In this document: in pieces, positions 56,256-64,000 of the stretch
Position numbering within the stretch: the first letter of the stretch is position 1
How the letters are laid out: each line of letters begins with the position of its first letter
Virus record (IMG/VR): IMGVR_UViG_3300037067_004728
Location: 1-64,000 of that record
DNA from: a virus
Lineage: Duplodnaviria > Caudoviricetes
DNA length: 64,000 nucleotides
Direction: 5' to 3' (one strand)
Translations under genes and position numbers: made by a program
Notes under the pieces: model-generated
What the model was told of the DNA's origin: nothing
Seen by the model: the letters and a program-made list of their open reading frames with translations, nothing else
Database searches by the model: none

Positions 56256-57068
56256 ATGTCTTTAAATATATTCCGGTATCCTGGTGGCAAATCAAAAGCA
56301 AGTATTCGAGATTGGATACTGTCTCAGATGCCAGATGACACCTTAGAATACCGAGAACCGTTTGTTGGTGGTGGTGGAATTTTCTTTGCTGTTCCACAGC
56401 ATTTACGACGCTGGATAAATGATATTCATCCGGGTTTAATTGCAGTTTATAAAGCATTAAAACGAAATGACGGATTTATTGAATCGTGTAAGCGAATTAA
56501 GGCGGCACAACCAACTGAACCTTTGAATGGCAGGTATAATGCACGACTAGGAAGAGTTTTTGATCGGTTCAAAGCTAATGAGCAAATGGATCAAGCCCTT
56601 CGATACTTTTTTCTAAATAGAACAGTTTTCGCCGGACGAGTGAATTATGCGATTCCATCCCGGCTTTATTATAGTCATCCAGATGGTTGGAATATTGTCA
56701 ATACGACAAAATTAGAACAAGCATCTGATTGCTTACAACACGTTAAAATTACCTGCCGTGATTATGCTCATTTATTAAGTACGCCGGGGGAAAAAGTCTG
56801 GGTATACATTGACCCTCCGTATGTTGTCAATACAAATTTAACTGCATCTTCTCAATTATACCAGTATAATTTTACTCTCGACGATCATAGACTGCTGGCA
56901 ACACGGATTCGAGATTGTCAGCATCGTGTATGTGTAAGCTATGACGATCATCCATTGATTAGAGAACTATATAAAGATTTTCGTATTTTGAATCATTTGA
57001 ATACAAACTGCGGAACAACAAATAGTACCAAACAACGAGTAACAGAACTTTTAATTTTGAACTACTAG
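56256..57068 (+). CDS. Dam/D12-class DNA adenine methyltransferase
   Basis: RYPGGKS, EPFVGGG, INDI, LNRT.F.G, YIDPPY, ELLILNY. Confidence 0.92.
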   Translation: MSLNIFRYPGGKSKASIRDWILSQMPDDTLEYREPFVGGGGIFFAVPQHLRRWINDIHPGLIAVYKALKRNDGFIESCKRIKAAQPTEPLNGRYNARLGRVFDRFKANEQMDQALRYFFLNRTVFAGRVNYAIPSRLYYSHPDGWNIVNTTKLEQASDCLQHVKITCRDYAHLLSTPGEKVWVYIDPPYVVNTNLTASSQLYQYNFTLDDHRLLATRIRDCQHRVCVSYDDHPLIRELYKDFRILNHLNTNCGTTNSTKQRVTELLILNY

Positions 57069-57385
57069 AGGAGATTGATGATGGACTCGGTTAAATTGCA
57101 CATGGGTAAAAGTTTAGACGATAGATACCAATTTCAACCTTGGTATATCAAGTTGTATCGTCAATTACGATGGGGTCCACAATATTGGCTGTTAGCTTGC
57201 TATATCATTATCAAATGGTTTATAACTTTTCGTGGCCAGATTCCACAAGAAGAACGCGATTGGTTTGTCAGTCGGTGTGATTATGTGAAGCATCTTTGGC
57301 GATTAGTGGCTTCATTAGGGTCGATGAAAATGAAGCATTATTACACATTAGATGAAGTAATGGAAAATTGCAAGAGGAAAATTCA

Positions 57386-57697
57386 ATGTCTGAATTCAAA
57401 GTAGAAGGTTTACCTGATTTAGAAAAGTTACGTAATAAAGAAGTAACATGGACCCCTCCACATTCTTTAGAGGAGTTTCTTGATTTGGTAAGCATGGTAA
57501 TTGAAACTAGCAAGTATACAGATTCTTTTATGGACGGAAGCGAGCAGACACTTGAAAATTTGCGGGCATTTGTTCAGGTTAAGGCCAACAGAATTAAAAT
57601 GCACCCGGATGTAGAAGAGTGTATTGATGTAGCAGCTTATGCTTACATGGTTTATCATATTCTTATGGAGAAGTCATGCAGGGTTGGATCGGAGTAG
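57386..57697 (+). CDS. Hypothetical protein, weak MazG-like helix
   Basis: EECIDVAAYAYM. Confidence 0.35.
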   Translation: MSEFKVEGLPDLEKLRNKEVTWTPPHSLEEFLDLVSMVIETSKYTDSFMDGSEQTLENLRAFVQVKANRIKMHPDVEECIDVAAYAYMVYHILMEKSCRVGSE

Positions 57698-58053
57698 ATT
57701 TAGATGGTACGCTGGCTCATTGGGATCATTGGCATGAAGCCGGTATAATTGGTAAGCCTATTGAACCAATGGTCGAGCGGGTTCGTAAATGGCTTGCCGA
57801 AGGTAAGGCCGTGCGAATTTTTACCGCAAGAGCCGATGAAAATGAAGCTGGTTATAAGACAAACATGATCGGCATTAGACTTTGGTGCCAAGATGTATTT
57901 GGGCAAGTCTTACCTATTACAAATAAAAAAGACAGGTGGATGATAGAATTGTGGGATGACAGATGTATTCAAGTTGGTTTAAATACGGGACAACCAGTTG
58001 TACCTTATCTTGAAGGGCAGTGTCGTGAACCTGATAGGGATATGCCTCATTAG
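57676..58053 (+). CDS. HAD-superfamily phosphatase (PNKP phosphatase-like)
   Basis: WIGVDLDGTLA, IFTAR, TNKK, LWDDR. Confidence 0.85.
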   Translation: MQGWIGVDLDGTLAHWDHWHEAGIIGKPIEPMVERVRKWLAEGKAVRIFTARADENEAGYKTNMIGIRLWCQDVFGQVLPITNKKDRWMIELWDDRCIQVGLNTGQPVVPYLEGQCREPDRDMPH

Positions 58054-58714
58054 TGCGATTGTAGCCCAACCAATTGTTCGTGTTGAATCAATTGAACGTG
58101 GGTCTACTTCTTGGGGCACAGGGACGTGCGTTGCCAGTACAAATGAGTCATTGATTATTACAGCGTGGCATGTTATTAGAGACGGGCATGAATTTAAAGT
58201 CAATGGAAAACCTGCAAAGTTAATCAAAGCCGACAAGACATGGGACTTGGCGGCTTTGATTATTGATGAACGAATGCCAACTTTTAATATTGGAAACCAC
58301 CGGCCTAAAATTGGCGAAACATTGATGGTTTGTGGATATGGAAGTGGTGATTACCGGGAATCAAAAGGTCAAATAACGCAGTATGTTAGCCCTAATAGTG
58401 TGCAACCTGCCGATATTATAGAATGCACGGCAAAAGCACGAAATGGAGACTCTGGCGGGCCAATTTTTGATACACATGGCATATTAGTTGCAGTATTATT
58501 TGGCACAGATCAAGTTGGTGCGCATGGAAGTTGTTGTATACAAGTACGTAAGTTTATAGAAAGTTTAACAATTGATGTGAGGCTAAAACAACAGGCTCTT
58601 ATTATTCCGTATGTATTTTATGATAAAACCAAAATCCGCTCAAGAAATAATGGCAGACGCCGGTGTAGTAAATATGTTACAAGGACGGCATTTAACTTTG
58701 AGGTTGTTCAATGA
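58025..58714 (+). CDS. Trypsin-like serine protease, probably secreted
   Basis: TAWHV, DLAAL, GDSGGP; hydrophobic N-terminus. Start inferred. Confidence 0.85.
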   Translation: MNLIGICLISAIVAQPIVRVESIERGSTSWGTGTCVASTNESLIITAWHVIRDGHEFKVNGKPAKLIKADKTWDLAALIIDERMPTFNIGNHRPKIGETLMVCGYGSGDYRESKGQITQYVSPNSVQPADIIECTAKARNGDSGGPIFDTHGILVAVLFGTDQVGAHGSCCIQVRKFIESLTIDVRLKQQALIIPYVFYDKTKIRSRNNGRRRCSKYVTRTAFNFEVVQ

Positions 58715-58984
58715 ATTCAGACTTTTTAGCCGCGCGGCTACGAAAACAGGTCGGACTAGAATGGGAGGATGCAATAGTTTGGATAACAAAGGTAGAGAAG
58801 GTAACAGAGAAACAGGTAGTTTGTAAAAATCGTACACGTAAGCCAGGTAAAAAGAATATTGTCGGTTATTCTACTCTTATGAATGAATCACCTAACAACG
58901 GTCATGCCGGTTGTTTTAATCGTAGGGTTTTTATCGAAGATGCCAATGGCATTGCACCAGAAGCGGCGTTCCCTGGCGTACCTC

Positions 58985-59012
58985 TTGACAAGTGCCGATA
59001 GTATGGTAGAAT
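58985..59012 (+). promoter_or_regulatory. Sigma70-type promoter TTGACA-N16-TAGAAT (extended TG)
   Basis: ATG 59019 lies 6 nt after the -10 box. Confidence 0.8.
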
Positions 59013-59018
59013 ATAAGT

Positions 59019-59441
59019 ATGGAAGAAACCTTGACAAAAACTTTAGAAGTCGATATTCAAAACCTGATAATGGCTTTTGAAGCCCTGTCAACTGGTAAAA
59101 CTTTAGATGATGCGTATTTGCTCGTCGAAGATTTAGGTTATAAGGACCGAATTATTCTTGTCGGGCATAAAGGTATTACCACTCTTTCGAGGGTCTGTAC
59201 TGAGCCAGATTGGGCAAAGCAGCCAATGGAGAAGGTTATCATTAAATTCAAAGGTGGCCCTGGGCCTGAAATTTGTGGCCATTCAATTTTTACTGCGAGT
59301 GTGCGGGCGTATGTTGTGGACCGACTAATTAAGACTGTAATGGCAAGCGGAGTAGAACCGGCTTTAGAAGCCATTAAGGTTATTTGGGGCATTAACGTGA
59401 AGTGCGGAGCATCAATAGATGATCCGGTATTATCAAACTGA
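59019..59441 (+). CDS. Divergent FxGGP-family paralog 8
   Basis: TLDDAYLLVEDLG.KDRII...IKFKGGPGP...VVDRL. Confidence 0.65.
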   Translation: MEETLTKTLEVDIQNLIMAFEALSTGKTLDDAYLLVEDLGYKDRIILVGHKGITTLSRVCTEPDWAKQPMEKVIIKFKGGPGPEICGHSIFTASVRAYVVDRLIKTVMASGVEPALEAIKVIWGINVKCGASIDDPVLSN

Positions 59442-59817
59442 TAAAGGTTATGTTGCGACTGATAGCAGTGTACGTTTACGTGCGAATGATTCGTCCGTCG
59501 GCAATGCTGTGGTTTTCGGGCGCGGCCCGACTGTGGGTTGGGATATTAGCTCGATTACCGACCAAGTTTTTGTCCCCAAGTCGCTTGGGGTAGAAGTGGA
59601 GGCCGATAGCGTACCTCAAGAGTGGCAAGATGCTTTGGGGTTAGCTACTGTGAAAAGTCCTGTCAAGACGGGTGGTTTGTCTCACTCAAGCGGGCTGCCC
59701 GACCTAACAAAGCAAGACGCCGAGCAGGATAGAGGACCGGATCAGGTGGCAAGATTTTTGATGTTTGCGGCGGGCGTTTTTGTAGGTCTAGTATTGGCTT
59801 ACTATTTTACAATCTGA
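59419..59817 (+). CDS. C-terminally anchored membrane protein
   Basis: C-terminal TM FLMFAAGVFVGLVLAYYF. Confidence 0.55.
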   Translation: MIRYYQTDKGYVATDSSVRLRANDSSVGNAVVFGRGPTVGWDISSITDQVFVPKSLGVEVEADSVPQEWQDALGLATVKSPVKTGGLSHSSGLPDLTKQDAEQDRGPDQVARFLMFAAGVFVGLVLAYYFTI

Positions 59818-59898
59818 ATAGTAGTTGTGGAGAAAACTACTTCTGTGACGTGATGTGAGTGGCGGCGGCTGCGGAGCATGACATGGATACCCGCCGAT

Positions 59899-59982
59899 GG
59901 GAGAATTGAGCATTGGCAGGCTCAACTGACTGTAAATCAGCCTACCCAAAAGGTACTGTAGGTTCAACTCCTGCTTCTCCCA
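59899..59982 (+). tRNA. tRNA-Tyr(GTA)
   Basis: GGGAGAA/TTCTCCC acceptor stem, CTGA-CTGTAAA-TCAG anticodon arm, long variable arm, GTTCAAC T-loop. Confidence 0.85.
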
Positions 59983-60004
59983 CTTTAACCATAGGAGCAT
60001 TTAT

Positions 60005-60367
60005 ATGGAAAAATTGATTGTCCTGATTTTGATTTTCATTGTGAGTCTTGTAGGTTTTATGATTACTGACGCTGCATTTAGCACGTCAGAAACCACTCAA
60101 GGTGTTGTGTTGGAAAAGGTTTATTCTCCTGCAACAACTGGCACGGGAGTTGGTGTAGCCGCAGGCGGAAAGACAATAACGCCAGTAGTTGTGGTTACTT
60201 CTTCGGCAGAAGATTTTGTAGTTTTGGTGAAATGCCCGTATGGCACTTTTTCTAGCCATACTACTGCCGGTATCTATGGAAGTGTCGATAAGGGCGTTAT
60301 TGTTACTTTAATTGTTAATAGGGGTTATTGGACAAACGGTATTTGGTGTGTAAAAATTGCAATGTAG
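60005..60367 (+). CDS. Membrane-anchored hypothetical protein
   Basis: AGGAG upstream; N-terminal TM. Confidence 0.65.
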   Translation: MEKLIVLILIFIVSLVGFMITDAAFSTSETTQGVVLEKVYSPATTGTGVGVAAGGKTITPVVVVTSSAEDFVVLVKCPYGTFSSHTTAGIYGSVDKGVIVTLIVNRGYWTNGIWCVKIAM

Positions 60368-60429
60368 CTCAATGGTAGAGCGCCTGCCTGTTAAGCAGTG
60401 GGTTGGAGGTTCGAGTCCTCCCGTTGCAG
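60358..60429 (+). tRNA. tRNA-Asn(GTT)
   Basis: TGCAATG/CGTTGCA acceptor, CTGC-CTGTTAA-GCAG, GTTCGAGTC, discriminator G. Confidence 0.9.
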
Positions 60430-60431
60430 CT

Positions 60432-60504
60432 AGGCCCGTAGCTCAGTGGTTAGAGCAGGGGCCTTATAAGCCCAAGGTCGCAGGTTCGATTCCTGCCGGG
60501 CCTA
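60432..60504 (+). tRNA. tRNA-Ile(TAT)
   Basis: AGGCCCG/CGGGCCT acceptor, GGGC-CTTATAA-GCCC, GTTCGATTC, discriminator A. Confidence 0.9.
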
Positions 60505-60515
60505 CTAGGAGATTT

Positions 60516-60740
60516 ATGATGTATTACATGCTTGAAAGATTTGCTTTTCCATATTGGATTTCTATGGGAATTATCTTGCAAGGTGATTTTCGTAAACACA
60601 TGGTTGTGTTAGAGACATTTCGTAACTTGCATCCTGAAACGGATTTTCGTGCAAAACGTATTAGCGACAAAGCTGCTATGATTTTTGCCGCTCGTGGAAT
60701 GACTATTATGACCGCCCCAGATGTATTAAAAAATGTCTAA
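60516..60740 (+). CDS. Hypothetical protein
   Basis: AGGAG upstream, directly after the tRNA pair. Confidence 0.55.
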   Translation: MMYYMLERFAFPYWISMGIILQGDFRKHMVVLETFRNLHPETDFRAKRISDKAAMIFAARGMTIMTAPDVLKNV

Positions 60741-61530
60741 AATTAGGAAGGTAAAAAAGTCGTATTGACTCATGTTTAGAACGCCGCGATTACTGCTGGA
60801 AGCACATAACGCGGACGGCTGGAAGCCAGTTAGAATTTACTGTAATTTCAAGTCAGTTCGCTTGATGCTAAATGTTTTACCACGTATTGCACAGGCATAC
60901 GGCGGTATTGATAATGTGCGTGTAAAATATTTAGCAACACACGAACAAATTGCAGAAGCAAAATTAGCTATTGATAGGCAAAATAGACCATGACAGAACA
61001 TATAAATAAGTGGCAAGTATCGAATGAGAAAATGACGGTATTGGTGCAAACTAGAAACGGTATTATTACAAACGCCGCGCCCGTTGTTCAAATTTTTATT
61101 GGTCAGCCATTAGATAATTTGGCAGTTTGGATGAGTAAAATGGGGTCAACAACTATTACCCCTTTAGAAGGGCATATATGCTAAAACGAATTGTGTTTGG
61201 CACGATATTTGCTTATTTGATTCTAGGTTTGCCGGTATTGGCAATGGGGTTTATTTTTCCAGCGGCAGCCGGTGCCCCATTATGGCAAGCTATTTTATTT
61301 GCTATTTTTGCTTGGTTGCTGTGGCCATTTATTATTACAGGAACTTTTTGTGGTTGACGATATTGTTGATTGCATTATAATGTGGATTGTTGTAATCATA
61401 GTCGCTATAGGCGCTATTGGATCAGTAATTGGATGGGCGCTCTTGTATCTTGTGTATGCCATTGCAGTAGCCGGTGTTTATGGGCTGGCCTATTGTATTT
61501 TACCATTTGTCTGGTTACGGAGAAAAATAA

Positions 61531-62109
61531 ATGCGTTACGTGAGTCTTGATATAGAAACAACGGGCTTGGGTGATAATTGTCAGATTCTACAATTAGCTG
61601 CCGTACTTGATGATACAAACAAGCTACTGACTGATTCTCTGACGTTTAATGCTTTGGTGTATGATTATTGGTATGGCGGTGAACCTTTTGCTTTAGCCTT
61701 GAATCATAAGATTTTTGAAACTTTGTCTAAATGTAAGCCGGGCGATATTTCAGTTCACAATGGTAAGACAGTTTTGATTCTGGAACCGCATACATTGATT
61801 CCCGCATTTAGTCTCTGGTTGAAGGAAATTGGAGAAGAAAAGATTTTACTTGCAGGTAAGAATGTTGCCAGTTTTGATCTTCGTTTTCTAAAGAACATGG
61901 AGGGCTGGTCAGACGTTAAGCATCATTACCGTTTTCTCGATCCTGGTAATCTTTTCCTATTACCAACTGACACCATTCCACCAAGTACCGATGAATGTTT
62001 GAAACGGGCTGGGATTAAGAAGGAAGTATCTCACGACGCTTTAGATGATGCGTATGATGTTTGTATGCTAATTCGTAATTGGATTTGTAGACAGGAACAA
62101 TTACGATGA
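61531..62109 (+). CDS. Second DEDDh 3'-5' exonuclease
   Basis: LDIETTG, GKNVASFD, HDALDDA. Confidence 0.85.
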   Translation: MRYVSLDIETTGLGDNCQILQLAAVLDDTNKLLTDSLTFNALVYDYWYGGEPFALALNHKIFETLSKCKPGDISVHNGKTVLILEPHTLIPAFSLWLKEIGEEKILLAGKNVASFDLRFLKNMEGWSDVKHHYRFLDPGNLFLLPTDTIPPSTDECLKRAGIKKEVSHDALDDAYDVCMLIRNWICRQEQLR

Positions 62110-62490
62110 CGAGTATATTTGAATTATATGGATTGATTACAGAAGGCAAATTAAGTAGGATTAGAAAGTGTGTCGGAATAGATCGGACTGGGCGTAAAAA
62201 ATATGAAGAAGTCTGTATTAGCACAACCGAAGAATATGCCCGTCTTATTATAACTTTATTAAATCAATCTATTGATGACACATTTGACGGGACACCCGGC
62301 GCTCATCCGGCATATTGGCGCGGTCAAGATGATGCTCTTGCGGCAATATGCCTCAAAATAAATCAAATTCTTGATGGTAAAGATGATGGGCGCGGCGTTG
62401 CCAATGAACCGTGGGAATCTGTGCGGCGTCGATTATTGAATTTGACAGAAGCCTATAATCTATACCTTCATTGTAGAACTAGGTCATAGC

Positions 62491-62907
62491 ATGGACTACC
62501 TAAAACACGCAATTGAACTAGCCCGAAATAGTAAGGGTGGACCATTTGGAGCCTGCTTAGTTAAAGCCGGAGTGTTAGTAGAGGGTCAAAATGAGGTTGT
62601 GCCTACACATGACCCTACGGCACATGCAGAAATTGTGGCTATTCGCAAAGCCTGTGCGGCTATTGGTAGCCATGATTTGAGTGAATGGACTTTGTATTCG
62701 AGTTGTGAACCATGTCCCATGTGTCTTGGAGCAATTCAATGGGCGCGTATCAAAAAGGTTGTGTATGCGGCGACTCGGTTTGATGCTCAGGAAGTTGGTT
62801 TTGACGATGTGGCTTTTTATGGTCGGCCTACAATTAGTATTGAACAAGGTAATCTTTGGAAAGAGGCTCGTGAAATGATGCTATCGTGGAAAGGACAAAT
62901 ATACTAA
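62491..62907 (+). CDS. Zn-dependent nucleoside/guanine deaminase (CDA fold, GuaD-like)
   Basis: GGPFGA, DPTAHAE..AIR.AC, SSCEPCPMCLGAI.WA, GFDD..FY. Confidence 0.88.
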   Translation: MDYLKHAIELARNSKGGPFGACLVKAGVLVEGQNEVVPTHDPTAHAEIVAIRKACAAIGSHDLSEWTLYSSCEPCPMCLGAIQWARIKKVVYAATRFDAQEVGFDDVAFYGRPTISIEQGNLWKEAREMMLSWKGQIY

Positions 62908-63230
62908 TGTGGACGCCAGAAATTGAAAGTATGTGGAAGTCTCGGTTTGAATTTATGAAGCATCCTGACTGGGCGTTCCATGATTTTGTAACAATGTGTT
63001 CGGAGCAGGAGGCTTTGCAAGATTTAGAATTGGCAATTGCCGAGATTGAGAGGCTTCGTGAAACCAGTAAAACGTGATGATGGTTGGTGGGTCACAGAAA
63101 TACCAGATTGCGATGATTGTGGCCCTTATGCTACTAAAGCGGACGCTGAGGACACTAGACGTGGATTACAGCGAACTTTTGACAACATGGATGATTGGAG
63201 TTTTTGGACCTCTGAACCGGAGCCTAAGAA

Positions 63231-64000
63231 ATGTTAAGATTAGCGCATAGAATACTGAGTCAAAGGAAAAATCAATTACCAGATGCCTATAAACCTGAAA
63301 TGAAGGAAGTTGTCGGAGGTATCTGGAACTCAACCCAAAAAGTTTTAACCGATGGGCAACCAATTATTATTGCCGATAACATTGCAGAGTATGTAAATAA
63401 TCTATATGCTGACACTGCTACGGCACCTACATCATATCATATTTTTCCACCCTGCCCGCCGCCATTTAAATCATTTTTTATTGAATGGAATTGTCCACCT
63501 GGAATCAGGTATCCAGGGACTCGAACTTTTAGAGAACATGGCTATGTACAAGTTGGTTGTCAAATTGAAACCTTCGACTCTCGAAAAAATTCAAGAGTTG
63601 AATTGGATGATCTTAGAAAAACTATGGTTGATGATAAACTTATAAATATATTTGATTCCATTGACTGGCGGTGGTTTTTAATTGGAATAAGTTTTGCATG
63701 TTTACGTGATGGTCGTGCTGTTCCAGTTGAATTTACTGAAATTTTCCTAGATGAAGATGGTAATTATATGCAGGCATTGGGATATAGTTTATTTGAATTT
63801 TGCAGAAATGAATCTACTCCAATGTTATATGCAGAAGCAATCGTAATGCAAACTCTTGCATTTATGCAATGCAAAAATGTAAATACTATTGATGTTACTG
63901 AATCCGAGGGGCCAGAACGTCGTTGGTGTCGCCGACAACGTGTTCCTGAATTAAAATATCAAATGTTGCAGATTGATCCTAATTCAACCCGAACTTTGCG
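63231..64000 (+). CDS. Hypothetical phage protein, runs off the window end
   Basis: Hand translation MLRLAHRILSQ...PPPFKSFFIEW...TLAFMQCKNV...; not in the ORF track because it has no stop in the window. Confidence 0.7.
   Translation, partial: MLRLAHRILSQRKNQLPDAYKPEMKEVVGGIWNSTQKVLTDGQPIIIADNIAEYVNNLYADTATAPTSYHIFPPCPPPFKSFFIEWNCPPGIRYPGTRTFREHGYVQVGCQIETFDSRKNSRVELDDLRKTMVDDKLINIFDSIDWRWFLIGISFACLRDGRAVPVEFTEIFLDEDGNYMQALGYSLFEFCRNESTPMLYAEAIVMQTLAFMQCKNVNTIDVTESEGPERRWCRRQRVPELKYQMLQIDPNSTRTL

Noticed and set aside
59818-59898. Possible ncRNA or tRNA remnant before tRNA-Tyr
   Set aside because: Only short stems (gtagtt/aactac, ggcgg/ccgcc); no cloverleaf or recognisable family.
60357-60515. 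N-terminal part of the 127-aa ORF
   Set aside because: It is a translation of two tRNA genes; the SD-supported start is 60516.
1-64000. Stop-codon reassignment
   Set aside because: Core genes are intact under the standard code, TAA/TAG/TGA all end coupled genes, and no suppressor tRNA was seen.

Overview
This is a 64-kb, AT-rich, very gene-dense segment of a large dsDNA bacteriophage genome. No host housekeeping operons, integrase, CRISPR array or rRNA were seen. Layout: 1-5.9 kb is the end of a virion module (tail-tip-like protein with a Cys-rich C-terminus, Cys-rich small proteins, an SPFH protein, three collagen-like fibre genes, one of them frameshifted). 5.9-10.4 kb is a short leftward operon (PrimPol-helicase, DUF4326, dATP/dGTP diphosphohydrolase-like, DEDDh nuclease). 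10.47-10.94 kb is a non-coding origin-like switch region bounded by a 68-bp near-perfect inverted repeat whose arms each carry an outward-facing promoter-like motif. Everything after that runs rightward: replication/recombination genes (ParB-like, SNF2 helicase, divergent PolA, ligase, PD-(D/E)XK, VRR-NUC, sigma-like), RNA repair (Rnl5-type ligase, RlaP-like, phosphoesterases), glycosylation (GT41, sugar C-methyltransferase, FkbM), nucleotide catabolism (MazG-like, NDT-like, DeoC, deaminase), many peptidases, a BCS1-like AAA ATPase and four tRNAs including tRNA-Ile(UAU). The best candidate for an undescribed system is a tandem array of seven divergent ~110-120-aa paralogs sharing an F-x-G-G-P-(P/V) motif (50.1-52.5 kb), plus an eighth copy at 59.0 kb. 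Three of these genes sit directly behind TTGACA-N16-TAnnnT promoters that imply leaderless mRNAs. All family calls come from motif recognition by eye, not database searches.
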